Both the position numbers and the translations under genes were made by a program. A stretch of 64,000 nucleotides of DNA from Candidatus Delongbacteria bacterium. Lineage in GTDB: Bacteria; CAIWAD01. The notes below the pieces were generated by a model. That model had not been told where the DNA came from. It did not search any database and was given only the letters and a program-made list of their open reading frames with translations. Below, one piece after another: positions 1 to 11,275 of this stretch. Positions within the stretch are counted from its first letter, which is position 1; each line of letters opens with the position of its first letter. The stretch covers positions 173,429 through 237,428 of the forward strand of contig JACKCN010000003.1 in NCBI GenBank assembly GCA_020634015.1. Reading direction: 5' to 3'.

Positions 1-1
1 C

Positions 2-463
2 GTGGCTTTGCGTGACATCCGGATCGAGGATGACAGGTCTCCGGACCTGATCTGTGTGGCACGAGCCGACATGGGCAGCATGCTGGTCAAGGGACGCCGG
101 GGAGACTATCTGCCCAGATTTCCGTTGACGGGATTCAGCCTGAAAGCCAAGGACAGAATCGGAGATGGCGAAGCTCTGCATCTGTCGTACCCCCTGCACC
201 TGAAACTGCAGCTTGCACTGGCCGCACCAGGTCTGACGCCAGCCGCGGACAGTCTGGACCTGGGCGATCCGCGGGGAGCCAGCTACACGGCCCGGGTGAT
301 CTGCGCCGAGGACACCGCGCGCATGGAATGCTATCTGCGCCTTCGCGCGGGCACCCAGGAAGGCCAGGATCGTGTGTGGGTCGAAGACCTGATCCGGGCC
401 ATGAACGACGAACGCAACAATTACTTCCGCCTGAGCTCGCTGGATTCCGACAGCCAGGAATGA
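2..463 (+). CDS. hypothetical protein, 3' fragment (5' end lies outside the window)
   Basis: ORF open from the window edge in frame +2. No recognisable motif. GC-rich codon usage matches its neighbours. Confidence 0.3.
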   Translation: MALRDIRIEDDRSPDLICVARADMGSMLVKGRRGDYLPRFPLTGFSLKAKDRIGDGEALHLSYPLHLKLQLALAAPGLTPAADSLDLGDPRGASYTARVICAEDTARMECYLRLRAGTQEGQDRVWVEDLIRAMNDERNNYFRLSSLDSDSQE

Positions 464-523
464 CCCGGGTCGCACCGGTTGCCATCCCTTGACTCACATC
501 TCCATCCGAACCGAAAGGTATGA

Positions 524-2632
524 TTGATGAAACTGCTTCAATCCCTGTGTCTCGCAGTGTGTCTGGCAGGTACGGCAGCCCAGGCCAAACTTCCTGTGCT
601 GCAACCGCTGCCCGACCTTCTGACCATGGACATGCCCGCGGTCAACGCCGATTCACTGGCTCGCGAGTTCCCCGATGCCCCCATGGTGATTCTGGACTGG
701 AGACGCCGGATCGTGAGCAGTTCCAGCCTTGGCATGATGCAGAACCTGAACCAGATGGTGGAACTCGGAGTCGTGCTGGATCCATCCCGAAGCGAGGTCC
801 TGGAGTACACGTTCACCTCGCTGCCAACGGATTTCAGACTGAGGGTGAAGTCGCCCGGTGAAGAGATCCGCGAGTACGGACCGGATCAGTTGCAGCAGGT
901 GGATGAATCCGTCAGTGTCGAGTCCCGGGGGGCGAACGCGGTCGCGGATGCGTTGGCGGCGATTCATCCGGTCTCGATCCTTGTGTCCGGACTGAACCAG
1001 ATCGCCGACAAGGATCTGGGAACCTGGCGGATCACCGTTCCGGGAGCGGTGCGCGGAACCCTCGTGGAATGCACCTTCGGGTCGTCGCGGACCGCCGACT
1101 ACTGCGCCTGGGATCCCGCCAGCAAGTTTGGGTACTACGGATTCTCCATGAAACGGGGCCTGCCCGTTCTCGGCGGCAAGGTCGAATACATTCTTCCCCG
1201 CAAGAAGGACACGGTCCAACGTTTTCATCCGCAGTGGCTTGAATCCAGTTGCCGTGAGCTGGACAAAGACTTCGAATGCCACACCTGGATCACGGGTTTC
1301 GAGCCCGCCATCGTCCAGGAACATGACTCCCCCTCCGGGGAAGAGAACCGGCAGGCGGTGTATCCCGTCGATGGCCGCAGTGGGCCGTCGGTGTGGGGAA
1401 GTCGCACGAACATGGTGGACATCTATCTGCGCAAGAACATGACCCGCAAACAGACCCGCAAGGTCGGCAAGTACCTCAAGCGCATTCCCTTCGAGAGTAC
1501 GACCCGGGAGGACTCCCTGAGAACCATCGTCAAGTGGGTCCAGCAGGAGGTCAAGACCGTCGAGACGGCCAACGTGCAGCACAAGCTTTCGCAGATGCTG
1601 AGCATGCACAAGGCACTGTCCTTCCAGAAAGTCGCCATTGCCGTGCATCTCTGCCGGGCCGCCGGGTATCAGGCGGACCTGTCCGTGCTCTCGGATTGTC
1701 CACCCGCGATGTACGCTCCAGGATCGTACCGGCCGTCCTCCGAGAGACTGTTCGCGCTGCTGGTTCGCTGCGAAGGGGAGAGCTTCGTCGCTCTGCCGCA
1801 GATCAGCACGGCGGGGCTGTCGGCCATCCCCTCGGACATGGCCGGAAAGGTCGCGTGGAACTTCGGGACTCCCGACACGCTGACGATGGGCTGTGAGGCG
1901 GCCGATGATGCGCTCTTCGAGCGCCGCATCGACGTGGATCTGCGCCTGGACGGCCGCCTTGACATCGTCGAGACCCATGTGCTCCACGGGCTGGCCGCCT
2001 GGTCGCTCAGAGAGAGCATCAAGACTCTTGTCCCCAAGGAACGGATCAAGACGATCTGGGTCTCCAGGGACGCCCATGACGCCGAGCGCAATGAAGATCT
2101 GGCCGGGGTGGAAGAGCAGATCCAGGACCTGCTGCGTGACATGGTGCGCTTCGATGTCTCCCGCATCCGGGATTTCACGGGATACGTGGATGGGCGTGAA
2201 GACTGGTACGAGCCTCTGGAGCTGCGCATGGAGTACACGGTGGACGGCATGGTCGAGATCCTGCCCGATGAAGCCCTGTTCACCGTCAAGGGACTGTTCG
2301 CTCCCGACCGGAAATCCGTGGTCTATCTGGACACCAATGATCGGAAGCTGCCCCTGCACGTGGACGAGGACCAGTGGAACAAGCTGGACGTGACGATCCG
2401 CTATCCGGTGTCCTGGCAGCCGGACATGGAGCCCTTTGCCGACTTCACCCTTGAGAACGACTTCGGCAGACTTTCCGCGCAGTACACCAACGTGCCCGGA
2501 CGTTTCGAGCTGCATCAGGAGCAGCGACTGAATCACATCTCGCGGCCGGCGACGGAGTACGGGGAGTTTCTCAAGGTCAAGTTGCGCGGGTCCGATCTGA
2601 AGGTGCCCGCCATGACCTTCCTGATCGACTGA
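524..2632 (+). CDS. secreted hypothetical protein (702 aa, N-terminal signal peptide); weak transglutaminase-like stretch
   Basis: The ORF has a clear signal peptide (MMKLLQSLCLAVCLAGTAAQA). A stretch 'KVAIAVHLCRAAGYQADL' weakly resembles the transglutaminase-core region but the Cys spacing is atypical. No other motif recognised. A long antisense shadow ORF (653..2536) is regarded as spurious. Confidence 0.5.
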   Translation: MMKLLQSLCLAVCLAGTAAQAKLPVLQPLPDLLTMDMPAVNADSLAREFPDAPMVILDWRRRIVSSSSLGMMQNLNQMVELGVVLDPSRSEVLEYTFTSLPTDFRLRVKSPGEEIREYGPDQLQQVDESVSVESRGANAVADALAAIHPVSILVSGLNQIADKDLGTWRITVPGAVRGTLVECTFGSSRTADYCAWDPASKFGYYGFSMKRGLPVLGGKVEYILPRKKDTVQRFHPQWLESSCRELDKDFECHTWITGFEPAIVQEHDSPSGEENRQAVYPVDGRSGPSVWGSRTNMVDIYLRKNMTRKQTRKVGKYLKRIPFESTTREDSLRTIVKWVQQEVKTVETANVQHKLSQMLSMHKALSFQKVAIAVHLCRAAGYQADLSVLSDCPPAMYAPGSYRPSSERLFALLVRCEGESFVALPQISTAGLSAIPSDMAGKVAWNFGTPDTLTMGCEAADDALFERRIDVDLRLDGRLDIVETHVLHGLAAWSLRESIKTLVPKERIKTIWVSRDAHDAERNEDLAGVEEQIQDLLRDMVRFDVSRIRDFTGYVDGREDWYEPLELRMEYTVDGMVEILPDEALFTVKGLFAPDRKSVVYLDTNDRKLPLHVDEDQWNKLDVTIRYPVSWQPDMEPFADFTLENDFGRLSAQYTNVPGRFELHQEQRLNHISRPATEYGEFLKVKLRGSDLKVPAMTFLID

Positions 2633-2928
2633 TCACGTTCTTCAATGTGTGGCATCCGCTGCACGGGCATCGCCGTCGGGTCCAGTCCGGATCCGGCGGC
2701 GATGCCGCTCAGGGACGGACACCCACGATCGGCAGTCCAATCGACCCAGCCCATTCGGATGGCTGGCGGGGGAGGCGAAGACTGCGGCATGTGAGCGTTC
2801 GCTCGACACATCTGCGTCCCGGGCCGTCGCGAAACGAAGGCTTGCATCGCGCGGGCTGGTTCGCCAGCTTCGGTCCCGGCGATACCACCCCACTGCACAC
2901 AGTCATTGATAATTGTCCAGGAGAATCC

Positions 2929-3753
2929 ATGATCAAGCCAATCGCGCTGATGGTGTTCTGCGCCCTGCCTCTGCTGTCCGCCAGAGCCATGGTCGGCAGC
3001 GGAGTCGACATGCCCACCTCGACCCTGGTTCGAAGCGAAACCGTGACCTACGTCTGCGACGGCGACACTCTTGAAGGCACTCTGGCCTGGAACCCAACGC
3101 TGGACACGAAGCTGCCCGTGGTGCTGGTGGTTCACGAATGGTGGGGCAACAACGCCTACAGCCAGCGCCGGGCCGAAATGCTGGCCGAGGCGGGCTACAT
3201 GGCTCTGGCCGTGGACATGTACGGCAAGGGCCGACGGGCCGAAGAGCCGGGTGGCGCCATGGCCCTGGCCAGCGATGCCTACTCCGATCCGGCGCGCCTG
3301 CAAGCCCGATTCGAAGCGGCGCGCAGGCTCACCTTCTCGCGCCCTGAGGCGGATACCACCCGGGTTGCGGCCATTGGATACTGCTTCGGCGGAGGAGTCC
3401 TGCTGGGGCTGGCCCGCGCGGGCGTGGAGCTGGATGCCCTGGCCAGTTTCCATGGCTCACTGGGCACGAAGACCCCCGCGAGCAAGGGCAGCATCAAGCC
3501 CGCCTTGCTGGTGCTGAATGGCGAGGCCGATCCCTTCGTACCTGCCGAGGAAGTGGCGGCATTCCGGGCGGAAATGGACGCGGCGGATGCCCGCTTGACC
3601 TATGTGGGCTACCCCGGCGCGACTCACGCATTCACCAATCCTGCGTCCACGGAAACGGGCAAGCGCTTCGAGATGCCCGTTGAATACAACGAAGCCGCCG
3701 ACTCGGACAGCTGGACGAAACTGCTGGACTTCCTGGCGACCGAGCTGAAGTAA
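2929..3753 (+). CDS. dienelactone hydrolase family protein (secreted)
   Basis: The ATG at 2929 is preceded by GGAGAA. A signal peptide is followed by 'VVLVVHEWWGNNAYSQRRAEMLAEAGYMALAVDMYGKG' and an 'IGYCFGG' nucleophile-elbow-like motif, both typical of DLH alpha/beta hydrolases. The upstream part of track ORF 2647..3753 is taken as a non-coding extension. Confidence 0.8.
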   Translation: MIKPIALMVFCALPLLSARAMVGSGVDMPTSTLVRSETVTYVCDGDTLEGTLAWNPTLDTKLPVVLVVHEWWGNNAYSQRRAEMLAEAGYMALAVDMYGKGRRAEEPGGAMALASDAYSDPARLQARFEAARRLTFSRPEADTTRVAAIGYCFGGGVLLGLARAGVELDALASFHGSLGTKTPASKGSIKPALLVLNGEADPFVPAEEVAAFRAEMDAADARLTYVGYPGATHAFTNPASTETGKRFEMPVEYNEAADSDSWTKLLDFLATELK

Positions 3754-3781
3754 GGGCTTTGCTGGAACTGGACTCAACAGG

Positions 3782-3811
3782 AAACCCCCGGCTCTCGCGA
3801 ACCGGGGGTTT
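3782..3811. terminator. bidirectional rho-independent terminator between convergent DLH gene and sdhB
   Basis: A 10-bp perfect stem AAACCCCCGG / CCGGGGGTTT with a 10-nt loop. It is flanked by an A-run and a T-run, and sits between two convergent stop codons (3753 on +, 3836 on -). Confidence 0.55.
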
Positions 3812-3835
3812 CTGCGTTCGGATCGGATGCGAGCG

Positions 3836-4587
3836 TCACACGCCCTTGCGGCTGCAGAGGCTGGCTTTCAGGAAATCGCGATTGAGCAGCGCGATGTTGG
3901 AGATCTTGATCTCCTTGGGGCAGGCCGCTTCGCAGTCGTAGGTGTTGGTGCAGTTGCCAAAGCCCAGCTTGTCCATGGTGGACACCATCGACAGCGCGCG
4001 GCGGTCGCGTTCCGCCTGACCCTGGGGCAGGTGGGCCAGATGGCTGATCTTGGCGCTCACGAAAAGCATCGCGCTGGCGTTCTTGCAGCTGGCCACGCAG
4101 GCGCCGCAGCCGATGCAGGCCGCCGCGTCCATGGCCGCGTCGGCATTCTCCTTGGGCACCGGAATCGCGTTGCCGTCGGGAGCACCGCCCGTGTTCACGC
4201 TCACGAAACCACCGGCCTCGATGATGCGGTCGAATGCGGCACGATCCACAATGAGGTCGCGCACGATCGGAAAGGCCCGGGCGCGCCAGGGTTCGATCAC
4301 GATCGTGTCACCGTCCTTGAAATGGCGCATGTGCAGTTGGCACACGGTCGTGCCCTCTTCGGGGCCATGGGCCTCGCCATTGATCATCAGCGAGCACATG
4401 CCGCAGATGCCTTCGCGGCAGTCGTGGTCAAAGGCCACCGGCTCGCGGCCTTCCAGTTCCAGCTTGTCGTTCAGCACATCCAGCATCTCAAGGAAGGACA
4501 TGTGCGTACTGACGCCGTCCAGTTCGTAGGTCTCCAGACTGCCCCGGACCGAAGGTCCCGCCTGGCGCCAGATCTTCAGTGTCAGTT

Positions 4588-4591
<4 letters not shown>
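3836..4591 (-). CDS. sdhB: succinate dehydrogenase/fumarate reductase iron-sulfur subunit
   Basis: It carries the Cys clusters of the 2Fe-2S, 4Fe-4S and 3Fe-4S centres ([30 protein letters not shown]). A GTG start at 4591 follows AAAGGAG. The start overlaps the sdhA stop in a GTGA arrangement. Confidence 0.9.
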
Positions 4592-6501
<1,910 letters not shown>

Positions 6502-6517
6502 TGGGAAGGCTCCCGAT

Positions 6518-7189
6518 TTAGTACCAGGCCAGCAGGACGGCCAGGGGAATTGAAATGAAACCCGCGCAGATCAGGAACACCAGTCCCAGCAGGAGTCCGC
6601 GGACCATGGGGGTGTACTTCGGATGGTTGAAGCCCAGGGTCTGCAGGGCGCTCTGTGCTCCGTGAGACAGGTGAAAGAACAGCACCACCATGCTCAGAAT
6701 GTAGAGGCCCGCAATCAGTGGGTTGCTGAATCCGGCCACCACGTTGGCATAGGCGTCGGGCACATGGCTTCCCACCTGCAGCCGGTGTTCGGGGCCGACC
6801 ACGCCCACGGTGAGGTGGGCCAGATGGAACACGATGTAACCCAGCACCACCAGCCCGCTGAGGAACATGGTCCTGGAGGCGAAAGTGGATTGCAGGGGTT
6901 TCTGCACCGCGTAGGGCTCGGGACGTGCCGCCCGGTTGGCCAGAGTCAGCTGGATCGCGCTGATCACGTGGACCAGGAAGATCAGCAGCAGTGTGCCGCG
7001 AATGCCCCAGAGCAGGTAGATGTTGTGCCTCAGGGCCGCCGCATAGGCGTTGAGCGTGTCCGCCCCGGCGAAGAACTGCAGGTTGCCGGCCATGTGTCCC
7101 AGCAGGAACAGCAGCAGGGCCAGCCCGGTGAGCGCCATCAGCAGTTTTCGGCCGATGGAGGAGCTGCGGAATGTGGTGAACCATGCCAT
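6518..7189 (-). CDS. sdhC: succinate dehydrogenase cytochrome b558 subunit (type-B single membrane anchor)
   Basis: A five-helix hydrophobic protein with conserved His residues, encoded immediately upstream of sdhA. AAGGAGG RBS. No sdhD is present, consistent with the Bacillus/Chlorobi-type SQR. Confidence 0.85.
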   Translation of the reverse strand: MAWFTTFRSSSIGRKLLMALTGLALLLFLLGHMAGNLQFFAGADTLNAYAAALRHNIYLLWGIRGTLLLIFLVHVISAIQLTLANRAARPEPYAVQKPLQSTFASRTMFLSGLVVLGYIVFHLAHLTVGVVGPEHRLQVGSHVPDAYANVVAGFSNPLIAGLYILSMVVLFFHLSHGAQSALQTLGFNHPKYTPMVRGLLLGLVFLICAGFISIPLAVLLAWY

Positions 7190-7501
7190 AGGGGGATTCC
7201 ATCCTCCTTTAGAGTGGATTGCGTGCTCGGGCGAAGGGGTGGGACCTGACGCGTCCCGCGAACCGTTGAACTTCCGAACGGCTCCGCGACGCCCCGGGTT
7301 GGACTTGTCCGGTCCGGTGGTGCGGATTCACAGGGTTGCGCTGACCGGCGTGCGAGGCTTGGTGCTTGTACTATCTTGGCAGCCGTCTGCCCCGGGCCTG
7401 AGTTGCCAATGCTGAATTCGCCCTGCCGGAGTCAACGGGCCATTCTATGCAGGATGGTGGCGCTTTATTTTGATCTGGATCAAGAACAATGAGGAGTCTG
7501 G

Positions 7502-8080
7502 ATGTACGAACTCCCCGATCGTGTCCGTGCGTGGGAGCTGCTCTGCCTGCACACCCAGAGCGAAAGCCTTCGCAAGCACGCTCTGGCGGTGGAAGCCCTC
7601 ATGGGTGCCCACGCTCGCGAAGCCGGTGAGGATGCGGATCTCTGGGAGCGCTGCGGCCTTCTGCACGATTTTGACTACGAGCGCTGGCCCGATCCGGCGG
7701 AGCATACGGTCCAGGGCGGAAAAATCCTGGAAGAAGCAGGCTATCCGCCGGAACTGATCCGTGCCATCCACAGTCATAATCCGGGCAACGGGCTGGGTGT
7801 CCCGCTGGATACGGCAATGGCGCGCACCCTGTTCGCCGTGGATGAACTGGCCGGATTCCTGGTGGGCGTGGCATTGGTTCGACCCAGCCGCAGCCTGCAC
7901 GATCTGGAACCGCGCAGCGTGATCAAGAAGTTCAAGGACCGCGCCTTCTGCGCTGCGGTCAGTCGTGAGGACATGACACAGGGGGCCGAGCTGCTGGGAC
8001 GCACGATGGACGTGCACCTGGCCTTCTGCATTTCGGCGCTCAGGCCGATCGCCGATGAGCTGGGGCTGGCTGGCCACTGA
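7502..8080 (+). CDS. HD domain-containing phosphohydrolase
   Basis: H...HD metal-binding signature ('LHTQSESLRKHA', 'GLLHDFDYE') and a distal His ('IHSHN'). Confidence 0.8.
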   Translation: MYELPDRVRAWELLCLHTQSESLRKHALAVEALMGAHAREAGEDADLWERCGLLHDFDYERWPDPAEHTVQGGKILEEAGYPPELIRAIHSHNPGNGLGVPLDTAMARTLFAVDELAGFLVGVALVRPSRSLHDLEPRSVIKKFKDRAFCAAVSREDMTQGAELLGRTMDVHLAFCISALRPIADELGLAGH

Positions 8081-8124
8081 GCCCTGCGGGCACGACGGGG
8101 TACCAATGGAAGAGGGGAGTCGGG

Positions 8125-8343
8125 ATGGGAGTCTATCGCTACAGGATTGAGGGCATGTCCTGCGGAGGCTGCGTCGGGTCGGTGACCCGGCTGCTGCAAC
8201 AGAGCGAACCGGATGCGGACGTGACGGTCAGTCTGGAGAGTGCCAGCGCCCAGCTGACGAGTGAGCGGGTTCCTTCCTTCGATCGGATGAAGGAGGCCCT
8301 CGCCAAGGCGGGGTTCACGCTCCAGGAAGCGCAGGCCCGCTGA
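8125..8343 (+). CDS. heavy-metal-associated (HMA) domain protein, CopZ-like metallochaperone
   Basis: A 72-aa protein with 'GMSCGGCVGSV' (the GMxCxxC metal-binding loop). Its stop overlaps the next start in a TGATG arrangement. Confidence 0.8.
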   Translation: MGVYRYRIEGMSCGGCVGSVTRLLQQSEPDADVTVSLESASAQLTSERVPSFDRMKEALAKAGFTLQEAQAR

Positions 8344-8960
8344 TGGACGTACTGAACACTTTCACCAGGAGCCGGCTTTGGCTGCTGGGCTTTTTTCTGG
8401 TTGCCGGCGCTGCGCTGGCCGGAAGCGACTCAGGGGTTCCGCTGACTCGCGGGGATCTGGACGGATCCGCGCTGTACGGGCAGGTTCCGGCGGCCGGCTC
8501 GCCCGAACGGCAGTTGATGTGGCGCGGCCGCGATTGCCGCTATCCCACTGATCATTGCCTGATCTGCGACCGCATCCTGCCCGGCAAGGACCACCGGGGA
8601 GTGGACTTCGTGATCGATGGCGTGACCGTGCGACTTTGCGGCCCCGCCTGCCAGAAGCAAGCCCAGGAGCTGGATCAGACCGGCAAGCAGGAGCTGGTGC
8701 AGCGCCTGAATCTGGCGGTGGTCCAGCGGGACCTGCCCGAATACCCGTTGACCTCCAGCCCCGTGAGCGGGCAGAAACTGAGCAGCCCCATCGATGGGGT
8801 CAATCAGGTCTTCGACAACACGCTGGTCCGACTGGCCAACGAGGCCGAGGTGGCCGAGTTTCTCAAGGACCCCTGCGGCTATGTGCTGGCGGTTCGCCTG
8901 GCGCGCACCCTGGCCGCCCAGCGTTGCCGTCCTGTCCCCGGCGAAAGCGTGCATCCATGA
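8343..8960 (+). CDS. membrane-anchored hypothetical protein with Cys-rich zinc-ribbon (TRASH/YHS-like) motif
   Basis: An N-terminal TM/signal segment is followed by 'CLICDR...(21 aa)...CGPAC', a CxxC...CxxC spacing. It is translationally coupled to the HMA gene upstream and the flavin reductase downstream (ATGA overlap). Confidence 0.5.
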   Translation: MDVLNTFTRSRLWLLGFFLVAGAALAGSDSGVPLTRGDLDGSALYGQVPAAGSPERQLMWRGRDCRYPTDHCLICDRILPGKDHRGVDFVIDGVTVRLCGPACQKQAQELDQTGKQELVQRLNLAVVQRDLPEYPLTSSPVSGQKLSSPIDGVNQVFDNTLVRLANEAEVAEFLKDPCGYVLAVRLARTLAAQRCRPVPGESVHP

Positions 8961-9637
8961 GAGTCATCGAGCACCCACGCGTGGCACCGGAACGACGCTG
9001 GGGGGCGGAACAGTACCGCACCCTGGAGCTGGCAGGGCAGTCCGCGGGAGCGATCTATCACCTGATGACCGCGATGATCGTGCCCCGGCCGATCGCATTG
9101 ATTTCCACCGTGGGTGAACAGGGCCAGTTGAATGTGGCCCCGTTTTCCTTTTTCAACGGGGTCTGCTCCGATCCTCCGATCCTGAGCGTGGCCATCATCC
9201 GGCACCCGGTGTCGGCCGAGCGACCGGATCCGGAGTCCCGCCTCAAGGACACGGCGCGCAATATCCGGCGCACGGGCGAGTTCGTGGTGAACATCGCGCC
9301 AGTCAGTCTGGCCGCGGCCGTCGAGACCGCGGGCAAGTCCTGGCCGACCGAGCAGAGCGAAGCCGAGATCTGCGGGCTGGAGGCGCTGCCTTCGTTGAAG
9401 GTGGCCGTTCCTCGCCTGGGCAATTGCCCGATCCAGCTGGAATGCCGCCTCGAGCGGATCGTTGAAGTGGGCCAGGGCCCCACCGACCTGGTGCTGGGAC
9501 GCATTGTCGAAGCCCACGCGGCGCTCGAGGTCTTTGGCGACAAGGGCAGGCTGGATGTGGACCGCATCCTGCCGCTTTCCCGTCTGTCGGCGGGGTCCTA
9601 TGCCGGACTCCAGGAAAGCTTCCGTTTCGTTTTCTGA
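8957..9637 (+). CDS. flavin reductase-like (FMN-binding split-barrel) domain protein
   Basis: 'IALISTVGEQGQLNVAPFSFFNGVCSDPPILSVAI' is typical of the flavin reductase / HpaC family. The start was reassigned from track ORF 8555..9637 to the in-frame ATG 8957, which overlaps the upstream stop. Confidence 0.75.
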   Translation: MRVIEHPRVAPERRWGAEQYRTLELAGQSAGAIYHLMTAMIVPRPIALISTVGEQGQLNVAPFSFFNGVCSDPPILSVAIIRHPVSAERPDPESRLKDTARNIRRTGEFVVNIAPVSLAAAVETAGKSWPTEQSEAEICGLEALPSLKVAVPRLGNCPIQLECRLERIVEVGQGPTDLVLGRIVEAHAALEVFGDKGRLDVDRILPLSRLSAGSYAGLQESFRFVF

Positions 9638-9739
9638 GCCTGCGACAGCAACGGGCCAGCGCACACAGATCACAGCACAGCCAACAAGTCAATCGGGCAG
9701 CGCTTCGTGCGCCAGCCCGCCATATTCCGGAGGTTCCCC

Positions 9740-10348
9740 ATGCATCGTCTTCCCGATCTGCCCTATGATTTCAACGCCCTCGAGCCCAGCATTGACGCGC
9801 GTACCATGGAAATCCATCATGGCAAGCATCACAACGCCTACGTGACCAATCTGAACAACGCTCTGGAAGCCGCGGGCGGAGACCTGGGCGACAAGGACAT
9901 CATCAGCCTGTGCGCCAACCTGAACCTGGTGCCCGAGGCCCAGCGCACGGCCGTGCGCAACAATGGCGGCGGCCACTACAATCACAGCCTGTTCTGGAGC
10001 GTGATGTGTTCCGGCGGCAGCGCCGACGTCTCCCTGGAACTTGCCCGCGCAATCGATGATTTCGGTGGCATGGATGCCCTGCGCGAGAAGTTCGCCGCAG
10101 CCGCCGCCACCCGCTTCGGCAGCGGCTGGGCCTGGATCACGGCCTCCGGCGGCAAGATTCAGGTGAGCAGCACCCCCAACCAGGACAACCCGCTGATGGA
10201 CAACAGTGGCACGCCCATCCTGGGTCTGGATGTCTGGGAGCACGCCTACTACCTGCACTACCAGAATCGCCGCCCCGATTACATCAAGGCCTGGTGGGAA
10301 GTGGTCAACTGGGCCGAAGTGTCCAAGCGCTTCTCCGCAGCCCGTTGA
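9740..10348 (+). CDS. sod: superoxide dismutase [Fe/Mn]
   Basis: '[32 protein letters not shown]' and 'DVWEHAYYL' are canonical Fe/Mn-SOD metal ligands. GGAGG RBS at 9729. Confidence 0.9.
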   Translation: MHRLPDLPYDFNALEPSIDARTMEIHHGKHHNAYVTNLNNALEAAGGDLGDKDIISLCANLNLVPEAQRTAVRNNGGGHYNHSLFWSVMCSGGSADVSLELARAIDDFGGMDALREKFAAAAATRFGSGWAWITASGGKIQVSSTPNQDNPLMDNSGTPILGLDVWEHAYYLHYQNRRPDYIKAWWEVVNWAEVSKRFSAAR

Positions 10349-10367
10349 GCTCCGGATGGTCCTTCAG

Positions 10368-10393
10368 GAAACGCCCCCTCGTGGGGCGTTTCT
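10368..10393 (+). terminator. rho-independent terminator downstream of sod
   Basis: Hairpin AAACGCCCC-ctcgt-GGGGCGTTT, followed by TCTCTT. Confidence 0.5.
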
Positions 10394-10522
10394 CTTGCTC
10401 CACTGCCGGTTGATTGACATTCTGGAACGCATCCCGAAACTCCTGCATGCCCGACAGGCGTCGCGCGTGTACGCACCCGGTCTGGAGTCCGGACAGTGGC
10501 CAGCATCACGTTGGAGTGAGCC

Positions 10523-10894
10523 ATGAATCTCGGTGCATTTTCGATCAGCCTCGCGGTCAAGGACATCGTGGCCTCGCGGGACTTCTACCAGAAGTTCGGC
10601 TTCACGGTCTGGGGTGGAAACGTGGAACAGAACTGGCTGATCATGAAGAACGGCGCGCACATCATCGGCCTGTTCCAGGGCATGTTCGAGCGCAATCTGA
10701 TGACCTTCAACCCCGGTTGGGATCAGGACGCGAACACGCTGCCCGAGTTCACTGACATCCGTGAACTGCAGCGCCAGGTGAAGGCCCAGGGTGTCGAGCT
10801 GCTGCCCGAAGCCGACGAGCACGGCACGGGTCCCGCCAGTTTCATGGCGATTGATCCCGACGGCAATCCGATTCTGGTGGACCAGCACGTCTGA
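10523..10894 (+). CDS. VOC (glyoxalase/bleomycin-resistance) family protein
   Basis: 123 aa starting 'FSISLAVKDIVASRDFYQKFGF', with a beta-alpha-beta(3) module pattern. Confidence 0.75.
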   Translation: MNLGAFSISLAVKDIVASRDFYQKFGFTVWGGNVEQNWLIMKNGAHIIGLFQGMFERNLMTFNPGWDQDANTLPEFTDIRELQRQVKAQGVELLPEADEHGTGPASFMAIDPDGNPILVDQHV

Positions 10895-11003
10895 CGTACC
10901 GGATTGCCCGGATTGGGTGTGAGGCGAGCGCAGGTCAAGGCACGCGTGGTCCTGCTGTTGCCCAAGCCAGTGAACGCTGGATCATCAACGCGAGGACTTT
11001 TCC

Positions 11004-11207
11004 ATGGAAGCAGGACAGGTTCTGGTGATCGTGGGCCTGATCGTCTCCGTCGTGGCGTTTCTGTTCTTCAGGCTCCCCGGGGTGCCATTCTTCTTCATGG
11101 GTCCCATCTGGAGGGCCAGACGCTATCTGACATCCGCGGGTGTGTCGCTGTGGGCAAGCGGAGCCGTGTTGAGTCTGGTGGGCATCGCGCTGCATCTGTC
11201 AAGCTGA
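11004..11207 (+). CDS. small membrane protein (hypothetical)
   Basis: 67 aa with two hydrophobic helices. No homology recognised. Confidence 0.3.
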   Translation: MEAGQVLVIVGLIVSVVAFLFFRLPGVPFFFMGPIWRARRYLTSAGVSLWASGAVLSLVGIALHLSS

Positions 11208-11275
11208 AGGACATTCCACCGCATGCCCGAGCACCGATTCCTCAGGCTCAAGCCCCATCACCGTGCTGATCCACC

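Noticed and set aside
653-2536. 627-aa antisense ORF opposite the 702-aa secreted protein gene. Similar long antisense ORFs appear at 4996..6558, 22476..23516, 25886..27247, 27625..30993, 36035..38047, 43 kb and 53027..54502.
   Set aside because: These are typical stop-codon-poor shadow frames of a ~65% GC genome. Their products are low-complexity, rich in Arg, Gly, Ala and His, with no motifs. In every case the opposite strand carries a gene with clear family signatures.
8555-8956. N-terminal 134-aa extension of the flavin reductase ORF (track ORF 8555..9637)
   Set aside because: The extension is Arg/Pro/Gly-rich and non-homologous, and it overlaps gene 8343..8960 in another frame. The conserved flavin-reductase fold begins at the ATG at 8957, which forms an ATGA overlap with the upstream stop.
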